Assembly: GCA_051362555.1 (NCBI GenBank)
Contig: CM120649.1
Coordinates: 12,462,001-12,526,000 of the forward strand
Direction of reading: 5' to 3'
DNA from: Lingula anatina
Lineage: Eukaryota > Animalia > Brachiopoda
DNA: 64,000 bases
Under the pieces are notes generated by a model that saw only the letters and a program-made list of their open reading frames with translations, was not told the DNA's origin and ran no database searches. Below are positions 23,579-36,300 of the stretch, one piece after another (within the stretch, counting starts at the first letter, position 1; each line of letters opens with the position of its first letter). A program made the translations under genes and the position numbers.

Positions 23579-24368
23579 TAAGCTGCAAGCAATTTAGCGA
23601 AAAACCCCTCGGAGATGGATCGATCCTGTTAGATCTACCTAGGTATGGGAACCCAGCCATACACTCAAATCAACCACCGCGGTTGCCGACAGATTATCAG
23701 ATACACGTTGCATGATCTTTATCTCACAGAAGAAGACATGCACCTAATCACGGCGTGCTCTCCTTTGAGTAATTTCGATATAAGCTATTCCAAATTGCAG
23801 GCAAATTAGAACCAGTGTTTAATATTTGTTACAACAAAGAAAAAATGACGTTTATGGCACTACCACTGCACTGGCCACTCTTACATAAAAAAGTCTCTGA
23901 TAAAAGAAAGGCCTCTCACAACTGAAGTGCTCCCAATCATTATTATCACTATCATTGCCTTTATTTACTCTTCCTTCTTATCTGCATGAGTTATTCTTAA
24001 TTCTTAAATTATCACATTTTAGCTTTATGTTCTGAATTGTATATACTGTCATGTTCTTAAATGTTTTTTGAGATTTATGGTTGCTGGAGAACAGACTGGC
24101 GCTTAAGATACTATAAAAATCCTTTATTTTAATTAAGGCCCTGCATCGTATCATTAATTCAATGCACTGACTGATTTTTTAATTCACCAAGGTGACTTTG
24201 GAAAATTGGTCTTAAGTCGCTGTTTTCCCAAGCTTTGTCATATTCGGGCTCGATCATATCTCGAGTTTGGTAAGAGAAGTGATCAACGGGACGTGATTTG
24301 TGAAGTCAAAATATATTTCGCACATCTGACAAACGTGAAACGGTCAACTTGGGCGTAGAACGGAAATC

Positions 24369-27300
24369 ATGAAATTGTTTTTGATTTTCGCCTTCGTGCT
24401 TTATACGCTACTCGCGATAGAGTTGTTTGCCAATGAGACTGAGGACAAGCTAGAGAAAGAGAAGCCGATGGAAAGAGAAATCCCCGATAAAATTTATAGG
24501 GATATGAAGAAGAGGGGACTGCTAGATATCGATGAAGAGGAAGGTTTAGGTAACTTTTAAAGTTTTGATATAAAAAAAATGTATGACATTATTTTTTCTC
24601 TAATTCAAAGTACAAAAGATCATTATCGTGCTTTTCTTGTGTCGTTCATATTCAATATCATATTCCTATAAGATTTGTTTAATTTTTTAAATTTTAACTT
24701 TGCATTTCCAGTGCCTCTGATAATCCACACGGATGGAAATGCCATTCCCAATCAGTACATTGCCCGGCTTCGACCTGGTGGCGATTACGAAAAAAGTAGG
24801 AACACCACTTTGAATTGTTTGAAAATTCAATTAATTAGATTCAGTTTTATTCCGGGATTAATTATAACAGTTATGTTCTTATTCGTTACACTCAAACGAA
24901 CATAAAATATATATCATTTAAAATTAGACGCAGTATTAAGGGATGAAGCGCTCACTTCGTGTACTCTGTTTCCGATTTTACATTGCGTATTGTGATAAAG
25001 ACGATCATAAAATAACGATTCTATAGTTGAATTAAGTCACTTGTGTGTCTTTCAATTAATGACACATGTATGCAATTAAGCAAGCTTTGTTCCCCTGAAT
25101 TAGGTGAAACAGGAGTAGTTCTTGTCCGTTGTATATCTGTGATGAAAGGCAGAAGAAGTGTGAATGACTGCGGATAAAAATGACTGGTTATAAACAGTAA
25201 AGATATCATCTTAATTTCATGACACGTATATGTAATGCAAAACTTCGTGTGAAGAATCATCGACGTCGTGGGTGTAAATTTTTTGATGGCAATTCCTCCT
25301 TCCGGGAGATTTCTCCGTCTTGCTATACACTGTTATCTTTAGGACAAACTGCCTGAAAAAATCAAATTGTCAAATTAAAACAACCCAAAATGCATTTCAA
25401 ATACCGGTAACTAAAGATCTCGATTCCTTTTTCCAAATTCTAGCTAACCGTGATATCTACGGAATACAGATATTTACATTGCGGTACACCGAACCCATTT
25501 TATATAAGATACTTCTCAATTTATCAGATTTGAACGACTTTAAGGACCAAAAGTGTGTTCTGATTATATCACCAATAATTCTTAGAAATCTTGGGGATGT
25601 ACATTTCCGTCTTACATGATGCAAGAGCATGAGAGAGCATTCGAATGACCAAAGCTTAAAGATGTTGTACCTTCCTTATCGGCACCATCCGGTATATATA
25701 ACATGTTTGTGGTATTTGATGATGTGTAAGGTTAAAAAAAGCTCAGAAGATAAACTGTCGGCCACGAGTCAAATCTAGTTAACTTAGTCATAACGTAAAA
25801 GGTACCAGTATGCCCGTTTTTCTTAAAATTCGATAAAAAGAATTTTGGAAGACATCTGAAGCCCAAGAACGATCTTCAACCACCCTGAGCTTCAGAGCTA
25901 ACTTGACACTAACCTTTTCACTGTAGCCTCCATCGTGTCAAGTAACCTCTGACGAAAATAGTTTGACCTATTTTATATAAGCCAATCGAATCCATGTTTC
26001 AAAATTTTTCACCAAAGTTTGGTGAAAACGCTGATTGGTTGATCGTCAATCGGCAATCCTCGGCTGATTCCGCAAGCTCCATACTAACAACATAGTTAGT
26101 GTCGAGTGCGGAGACATCCGAGTAGTTCCGATTGGTTCCGAGTGCATAACCGTACACAAAGAAAGCATTGGAGTTTATCGGAATTGAAACCAGAGCAGTA
26201 TGATGCCCTGCATCATTATCTACTGAGGGATGATGTATTTTGCGTGCTGCCCACAGGTTACGGCAAGTCCCTGATATTCAGCCTTATCTTTGATTGGTCC
26301 GGATTTGACCAAAGCGCGCTTTGACTCATTCGCGTTCATTGGCTAGATCGTTCAATGAGTCATTGAGTGCGGGATTTAAATTTGATTGGCGGGCGGCGGG
26401 GGCACTCGAATCTGGTCAGAGGTTACTTGACACGATGGAGATAGGCTACAGTGAAAAGGTTAGTGTCAAGTTAGCTCTGAAGCTCAGGGTGTCTTCAACC
26501 AACTTTACTATAAAAACATGTTGAATTACTTAATAAATGTTCTTACAACACAGTATAAATGAATATATATGAAACTGTAACGTGTAGTATACAACAAATT
26601 GTACCACCTATTGCATGCAGATGTGTCCGCTATTTGAGGCAGTATAGCGTACTTATTACAGAGAGTCGGTTATTTTCATAGGCAAAATACATGCATTCCA
26701 CACAGGGGTGGATCCAGAGATATTTTTGACAGTCTTCCAAATTATCTTTGTTGATCCATCCTCCATTTTTGACCGTCTTCCGACAGAAGAAAATCAAATA
26801 CCCGTCAATGTAAACTTGAAAATCTGACCGTCTTCCCGAAGACCAAGTAGACTGCCTCAATCTGCCCCTGGCACATACACCCTCTAACAGTTTCAGATTT
26901 GCGCTTTTTACAGTTAGTCGCATTTTGGAAGGACGGGGCTTCCATGAAAGACTGGATTTCAGTGAGGAACTTATCTACGTTATATTGAGGGATATAGACG
27001 ATAGGTATTTTATTCTTTCACTCATGCTTTTTTTATGAAGAACTCTACTCGACTATAACGAACTTTTAATTTTGATATAAGATTCATTGTTCGAAATTTG
27101 ATTTTATATTTTATTTTTATGATATTTCATTTATATTATTACCCAGCATCATCATTCATATACATCATTGTTTAAGTTAATTTGCTTAGTATGTTTTGGA
27201 AAGAATTTCATTTCAAATATCCATAATACGTATGGATTTATGTCATTTCATTTTTTGTTATCGTTGCTGAAACACTTCTTATTTTCGCTAGCGACCTCCA

Positions 27301-30300
27301 ACAACTTCGCCAGCTTCAAGATGTTTTTGAGGATATCGAACAAGATAAAACATTGTCGTTAGCTACATACCATCGTGCAGGGCCTTTCGCTGCCAGCTTA
27401 TCATGGGTAAATATCACTGTGCTCATGCAGGCGTATACGTTACAGATTTTGTGCGTGTGTGTGTGTGTTAAGCCTAGGTCCCAACTACGTTTTGGACGCA
27501 CGGTTTTTAGGTTCCTTGCGTCCGGCTAGGACGTAGCTAGATCGCACGTAGCGGCTGTTGATCACATAGAAAAGTTACTACGTGCTGTTTGCGTCCTTCA
27601 AAAATCGCACGATGGACGTGCTCCTCACGCACAAACTCCAAGCAGCCCGTACATTCGGTTGGGACCTATGCTCTAATAATGTTTCACTTGTCTAAGTATT
27701 TATTCTTGCTCCCTTCCTCCATCTGTCTAGGGTGCAAAGGTAATTTTTATAAGGGTATAGGAGTGTCTTAACAGAAAAATATATGCAACAAAACCTCAGG
27801 CCTCTACCATAAAAAGTAATTCTTTTGTATTCAAAAATAAGGCTTTTCTTAATTTGCATTGGAAAAATAATGAAAGTGTTAAATAACCAAACCACTGAAA
27901 AATTAGTGCATGCGTTTATATGATCAAGATTAGATTACTGCAATAGTCTCCTCTTTGGTATGATATTATGTGACTATCAGATAAAAAAATTACAAGTTAT
28001 TCAAAACTCAGCTGCAAGACTGGTTTGTCAAATAAAGTGCAATAGTACACACCATATCACTCCCATTCTGAAAGAATTACACTGGCTGCCTGTGAAGCAG
28101 AGGATTGGTTATAAAGTACTTTGTATTATTTTTAAGGTGATACATACACAAAGACCATAATATTTATCTGATCTTATCTGTTTTAACTCACCACGGCGGT
28201 CTACACATTTAAATACTGAGAATGACTTTATTTTAGAACTATTTTAGAGAAGGGGTGTCTCAAAAGTTATGGAGATCGGGCTTTTATAATCTATGCCCCA
28301 AATTATGGAATTCCTTACCAAATTTTATAAGAAAAGCAGACGACTTTGACAGTTTTAAATCCCTTCTTAAAAACTCACATTTTTAAATCTGTCTATATTT
28401 CTTAGTTTTTTATATATTTTAATAATGTTTTTAGTAGTGTTAATTTTAAATGGTTTCCAAGTGTTTTAGTTTTAAATATTGTACATTTTAATTATTTGAG
28501 TTATATTATTCATTATAGTAAGGCGCCTTGAGGTAGCACGTAAGGCGCCTTATAAGAAGATCTTTATTATTATTAATTTCAGCACCTACATGTTAACTTT
28601 CATGTTTAGATACTGACTCCCACGGCTTTGTATTTATCAATTTAGCTGAAGTTATCAATTTAGTTAGTTAGTTAGTAAGTTCAGTTATTTGGAATCGAAA
28701 ATAAAATTGATTCAAATAAATACACCTCTAAAAAAATTAAAGATTTTTATTTTACCACCCAAGGACTCCCCTATGAAAAATCTATTTATTTGACATTTGA
28801 TGACCATTTCAACATCTTTCCTTTTAGGATACTTTATGAAGTTTATATTGGAAGTACTTGAAAGTTTGATGGTAAAAAATTTACCATCAAACTTTCATAG
28901 ATTTCCAATTGATCTTCATAAAGTAAAAGTAAAGGGAAGATGTTGAAATGATCATCAAATATTAAATAGATAGCTTTTTCACAGGGGAGTCACTGGGTGA
29001 TAAAATGCACATTTTTAATTTTTGTATTTTTCATGTTTTCCTTTTAGTTTTTTTCACCCAATAGTTTACCATCAAACTTGTAAATATTTTAAATTTAATC
29101 TTCATACAATAAATTTAAAGGAAAATTGGAAATTATATTCCAATATCAAATAAATAGCTTTTTCATAAGGGAGACAATGGGCGGTTGAGTGCACATTTTA
29201 AAGGACAATTATAGTAATATAAAATCCATTTCTCGAATTCTGAAGATCCAGCACTTAATCTATACAATACAATTATGTTTTAATCGATCCCCGCCTTTGC
29301 CTTTTAAGAATTATAAAAACAATCTATTAGTAGACAAAAAGCATTTTAGTAAACCTCACCTCAATATGCATAAATGAAGCAACAGATCTGGGTCACGTGG
29401 TACTGTGACGACAATTAGGATAAAGGTCTACATATATTTATTTGTAAGACTCAACTGAGCTGCAAGTGCATACAGACAGAGAAGTTTAGGAAAATTGTGT
29501 TGAACAGAGTTGAGCAATTGTCGTTATGCCTCAGTGTGTTGCCGTGGGATTCACCCAAATTGCAGGACTCGTTCACAATCTTTTCTTTGTCTGTGACGCG
29601 GTCTTCCGTAACTTAGTAACTTCGGTGACAATAGTTGCGATGCGATGAGATCATGGTCACCTCAGGTGGTTTAGATCATATCAAAAGATGATAGTCTGTC
29701 ATCAGTTGGCAAGCTTACTGCTGATGCATTTTAAATGCATTGTACATGTAGTTAACCAAGAGCTCGTTAACAATTAAACCTTTTAATTATGCACCGCTGC
29801 ACTTCCCAAGCCAGGTAATAACAGGTATCAAACTCGTCTTGGTGGGCTTTCATATTTTTCAATATATCTCATTTATTTCATGGGGTTATATTATTGGTAT
29901 TTGTAAATGACGTTAAATATCAATATCTTTAACAATTGAGTTCAAACACGGTTGCGAACATTAATAAAAGTAATTGCTCTCAGGGTAGCTTGAAGCATGC
30001 GTATGCCCAGGCATTACTTCTGTGGATGAAAACGTGTTGAGGAAAAACATAAAAAGAGGGGTATATTGAAGGAAAATTGGTAACTGCTGTAATAAAATGG
30101 TTCGTAATCCTAATTCGTTTATGCTTTAAGGATTTGTTTCCGAAGGTTATTTCATCTGACATGTAAAATAATTAAAAAGATTTATCATTTTATAACTTGG
30201 AAAAGCAAGTTCTGCGTCTGTACGCAAAACTTTTTGCAAATTTGTAAGCTTAGTCAAACCGAAAAACATGTAGCAGATCAAGGTAAAAGAGCATTGTTTG

Positions 30301-33300
30301 CTACTAGAAGCATGTAAAAAATCATTACTTTCATGCGATTACTAAATGTGCAGTTTTACGTACGTTAGTATATTTTAAATCATGCATGGAGATTTAACCT
30401 GGTAAGCGATATAAGAAAGGCAAACAGGGATTTTTAAAAGAATGTTGGGTGTAAAAAAAGAGCACTACTCATTACTAAGTTCATTGTATATTATGAAAAG
30501 CGGTGGATACCCAATTCTTTTAAGTATGAAGCTAAACTTTTTGTAATATTGATTTAAATCCCCTCTTCGAAAAATTGTATAATAACAGCGTGCTATAAAG
30601 ATCTACTCAAGAAAAAAATTGCTTGGATAAAAATTGGGTACGGAATGAACTTGAGACACTTGGCTTGTCATTAAGTTTTCACAAAAAAATTTCAGATAAA
30701 TTTATACTGCCCTTGAAAGAGTAAAGATTGAAAGATAATTTAAGAGAAACTTTGACGGGGGAAATATCCACAAAGAGTGAAGGGCTATTGCACCAACATC
30801 TTGTTGAAAAATTTACACTGCAAGTCTATTTAAATAAGCAAAGGAACTAATTGCCAAATTTAGACTTTCATCACATAACAAGGGCGTAACCAGACCTGCA
30901 AAAATTGTACGCACAGATTTTAAAAAATTCTGAGCACGTACAGCAAAATGTAGACTAACGCAAAACACGAACGGCAGCGTAATCACAGCAAATGAACCAC
31001 ATATAGTAGCTTAATTAATTTCCATTAATAATAAAATCATCATTTAAGTCAAAAATATTCTCGCGATTTAATGAATATTCTAATTTACCCATAACGATAT
31101 ATACTTATTTAACCCTCATCCACAAGGAAATGGAACCCTACGTAAATCCTGAAACCGGGCCTCGGAGGCCCGGTGTACCATGAAAATCTGACTCCCCTAA
31201 AATGTGACTCCCCAGTCAGATTTTCATGATGAAAATGTGACTCCCCCTATGAAATTTTGACTCCCCCCCCCCAAAAAAAAAGTTTGCAGGTAAAACTTTT
31301 CATGAACAAAAAAAAAAAAAAAAAAAATACAAGATTTGTATTTTACCACCCAAGGAATCCCCTATGAAAAAGCTATTTATATGATATTTGATTATCATTC
31401 TGACATCTTTTCTTTGAGGATACTTTATGAAGAATATATTGAAAGTATTTGAAAGTTTGATGGTAAAAAATTGGGTGAAAAAAAACACATGAAAAATTAA
31501 GGATTTGTATTCTAATACCCAATGACTCCCCTATAAAAAAGCTATTTATTTGTTATTTGATGACCATTCTGACATCTTTTCTTTTAGGATACTTTATGAA
31601 GAATATATTGAAAATAATTGAAAGTTTGAATGGTAAAATACTGGGTGAACATAATTTACGAAATTCTTCATTTTCATATGCATGGGATTTGGACTCCTAT
31701 GGACTCCCATTATATTTGCTGTTGTTTTTCTCATTTTTCCCATAGCTGAATGAAAAATGGGGATTGATGATTTTAAATGGATAATAAATTTGCATTCTTG
31801 TACCCATAGGATTTTGACTCCCTATAATCTTTCAAATATTTCCAATATAATCTTCATAAAGTAAAAGTTAAAGAAAGGTGTTGAAATGATCATCAAATAT
31901 TAAATAGATAGCTTTTTTATAGGGGAGTTATTGGGTGATAAAATGCACATTTTTAATTTTCTTCTTTTTCATGTTTTTTATTTTTTTATTTTTTTCACCC
32001 AATACTTTACCATCAAACTTTCAAATATTTCCAATATAATCTTCATAAAGAAAATTTAAAGGAAAGATGTAGAAATGATCATCCAATATCAAATAAATAG
32101 CTTTTTCATAAGGGAGACAATGGGCGGTAAAGTGCACATTTTTAATTTTCTTATTTTTCATGAAAATTTTCACCTGCAAACTAAAAAAAAGTGCCAATGT
32201 ATCCTCCATTTTAAATACTACAAGATCACAGTCATATACTCAAATAAAATAAGATTTATGAAGTTTTGTGGAGGGGGAGTCAGATTTTCATGGGGGGAGT
32301 CAGATTTTCATGTTACAACGATCCTTTGCTCGCTTTACCTCCACCTGGGTGAGTATACACTGTGTATGGAACATGCGGAAAAATCTTTTTTTTTTCTCAA
32401 AATGGAAAGTTTCGCAAAGGTAGCGCAGTCTATCAGGTATGTAATAATGATAGATTTAAACTGATATCTGCATATCAGGTGACCAAGGTGACTGATTACT
32501 CATAAATAATAATTCCTCCAGGTCTTGAATCTTTCACAGGCAGATTTCATTGACCATACTGATAGTCATAGCACACATGATATTGCTTGTGTAAAGCATT
32601 TGATACCAAAGATATTTGAGGTTACATAGACTTATTTATCCCATGTGGAAGTAAAATTATCAAGGGACTGGGCATCAGAGGCCCGGTTCCCAGGAAATGG
32701 GACTAACTTTTGGAAAAGTTAATTTCTACATATGGTGTAAATTATTTCAAAACTAATTATTAATCCATTGATGGGGTATAAGTTGCTTGAGGAATACATG
32801 AAAGGACCAAGCTCAAATCCTCATGCGAACGAAGAGAGAGCAAAAGATACATGGGTCCGGGCCTGCGAGGCCCCTGAAAGGTGATTGAGGGTTAAAAGGA
32901 GGCTAACTGAAATATAGTTTTATTATTTGTTTGTGAAAATTGCCCATCTTACCCTGTTAGTTTGGAGGTCTAAGCTGGATCAAGTCAGTGTTAAGATTCC
33001 TATGAAGCTCTGCAGGAAAAATTCTTCCTTTGTTTCTCTAGCTCCTCAATAAACCTTGTGTTCAGATTTTATCCAGTACCCCCAGGTCTGCGGGAGCTGC
33101 TCTTTGAAACTAACGCACAGGTAGATTTTTACCTGAGATAAATATCGCCAGCGAGAGTGCGTTCGATACTCGCAAGACAAAGTCAAGACAAAGGAAGTCC
33201 CAGTTAGATGGATGATTAAGATAGGACTTGTAAGGGTAACAGGCATTGATTACCTCAGTTTAATAAAAAGTATGCAAGACGGGGCGTCAGCGATTTAATA

Positions 33301-36300
33301 AAATAAATTGAATTTCACAATTAACATGGACCTCATATGGAATAATCAACAGTACCCTTAAGTCATTCAAATGGAGTGTTTTATACAACTTGCAATAAGC
33401 ATAATTAAATGCTTGTTAAAGAATTGAATAGACGGGAAATGGTTTTACACAGCTTCACGAGGATTTAGACCCCTCTGGTAAGAGATTTGAATGAGTATAA
33501 ACTTTTATCAGAAGCCAGAAAAGTCATCTTACAGGTAGACAATGCGGCTTCGCCGGTGGCACTATTGTCGTCATCGGACCACGTGACCACGAAGCTCAAT
33601 AACTCCCAGGCCGAGCAAATAGGACGTTTTTTTTTTAAGTCCAAAATTTACAAAATAAGCTTTTAACTTGTGTATTTGGATAAAGATGTCGTTAGTTGGG
33701 CATGTTTTCTGAAGAATATGTTCCGTTCAGGCCATTCTGACGCCATGACCATTGTCCTTTAATTTTTCTATTTTTTCGTGGAAATTTTCACCTGTAAACT
33801 AAAAAAAGTGCCAATGAATCCTCTATTTTACAAACTACAAGATCACAGTCATATACTCAAATAAAATAAGATTTATGAAGTTTTGTGGAGGGGGAGTCAA
33901 ATTTTCATGGGAGTCAGATTTTCATGTTACACCGGGCATATTCAGGCTCTACGGTGTATCTCCGTAAAAACTCATAGTGGCAAATGTGTCTTTAATTCAT
34001 TATTCTACAGGGTTAATAAAAGCTACTATCAGCTACTATTTAAAAAGCTACAATTTTGAGCACTAAAAAGGTAATACAGACTTAACATTTAGTATAGTTT
34101 TCCGACTGATAAATGACAACAAAGATTTAAATGGTATTTTAATAATCTCTTCAGTGTAATTGTTGCACCAGTTCTTTAACTGAATCCACCCAATTAATGC
34201 TGGATCTCCACATTCTCAAATTATCACCTGCCAAAGAGTTTTTCGCCCCCCCCCCCCCAAAAAAAAAAGACGCTTACACCCCATTTCCATAGATTTTTAG
34301 ATCGATCTATCCCTGTGGGGAGTCTCACTAGATTACTGTCAGCTTGGCCGGCTTAAGCGTCTGTCCCGCCTACTAAAAGCTGTAAGGGGGTAATTGACTA
34401 TGGTGCCCGCTCGGCTGACTGCAATTTAGCGAGAACCCCCAGGGAGTTAGGTCGATCTAAATTTTAATCCCTGGATCGATCTAAATCTCTGAAAATACAC
34501 CCTTATGTATCAGTGCGTAGTCACAGCAATGGTCTGTGGTGCGTCTGGCTTTATCTGGCTGCTACCAGCGCTATGGGACGGCAAGGCATTCTTTCTGACA
34601 AGTATTTCAGAGTTTCACCTGGAATAATATCCCAGGCATTGGGCAGAGCTTGTCCAATTTGGCGCCTTTGTGGACTTTTAAATTGAAAAGAGGCCATCAA
34701 ATGTCACAAATTTAGTCAAATTTATAACAGGTACCCCCTCAAATCCAATGATTCACTACAGATGTAAAGAAATATTTATTAAAATTTGACAAAAAGGTAT
34801 AAAATTTTGTATTTTCAGAACCATTAATCATGTCGGACATGGTATCTGGAATAAAAAGCACCGTTTATAACAATTTACATCTGTGAGGTTATTATTTGTA
34901 AATATAAGTACAGGTGAAAGGGGGTGGGACAACCTTTTTGACCATTTTTGTATACTTCATCAAGCTCATGTCTGGTTGCGTATGTAACATTCTTCCATTC
35001 AAATTCTTTCTCATCTCCCTGGTCTGTGTAACTCAAAAGCTTCGCAAATAGCGACCGCACTCGAAAGCACAGCGATCAATTGGTATTTGCAATGGCGATT
35101 GCATCCACCTGGTCCCGTATCTCGAAAGCTTCGCTCGTTGGAAGCAGGCGCAAGCATGGCGATTCCACGCTTCGCCGAGACAATTATCTGCTCTTTTTCT
35201 CGTTAAGCTCAGAGCCTGGTACTTTATCTATACCTTGGTGCAACTGGCTTTTCTCGGGCATAGCGATTTGCTACGCCTGACTTACGACCGGTTGGGGCAA
35301 CCGGTGTAACAGATATCCAAGTCCCCCAGGAACCGAGGTCCGTTCCTGGTAATGATTGTCCGTAGGGCTACCATTACTTGGGAATAGTAGTCCTACTGAG
35401 ACTTAGGTTCCTGGTTCTTGATTTTATTAGGTAGGACTTGTATAACTGGCGGACTTTTATTCCTGTTACTATGACAGTTATAGAAGTCTGGACATTTCAA
35501 AGTCCTATCCCTATGCAATTATACGCTTAAAGGTGCATATACGAACCGAGCATCAGTAGATCGTGGATTCCCAGTAACACATGTAAACCACTTCTACTAG
35601 ATTCTTATATGACTCAAATAAAGTCGACAAGCCTAGGGATTAAATGAATAGATCACTCGACCAGCCACAAAAGACCTTTAGACTGCTCCTTTCTTTGTAT
35701 TTTTGGTTGTAAATTTAACCTATTTTCGTGACCTACTTTCCTGCCCCATTGACATACAGCTTAGAATGCCAGCAGAAAAATCCGTTCAAACATCATTTTC
35801 GGGTAAAATTACACAATGCCTTTTGGTAATTCTCTTAGATATACTACTTGAAACTATATTCTGGCATTTGGTTGGTTTTTGTGACTAAATTGACTTTGTG
35901 TGCATCTTTAAATGATACAATTATAAATGTATATGAAAATCCAATTTGTGAGCCATATATAAGACAAAAAATGGAGAGTTTGCAACTTCAGCTCGTCTGC
36001 GTAGTAGTTCGCGTGTAAGACAGTAAGGTAAGTGTTCTTGAATCGCCCTGTTACAGGTACATCTTAAGTTCGAGACCTACCTTTGACATGACCTTGCCCC
36101 CCTCCAACCTCTACCTCGAATAACTTGTTATATCTAACAGCATACTGATGGTTTTTTATGTATAAAAAAATGTATAATATTCTAAATTCTGTGATTATTA
36201 CACTTACAATTGAAAGATTAAACGAGACTTACCTGTAAGTTGAAGTTTGATATTAATTCTGTCCTATCGGGAACATGAGAAATTAGGCGAGAATGCGTTT

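Noticed and set aside
24369-24560. Copy 2 as a truncated pseudogene (ORF stops at 24560)
   Set aside because: The stop is intronic; a donor at 24550 keeps the frame and all six exons are open.
26106-26324. Host RecQ helicase gene
   Set aside because: Only motifs 0/I are present, enclosed by TIRs and a TSD.
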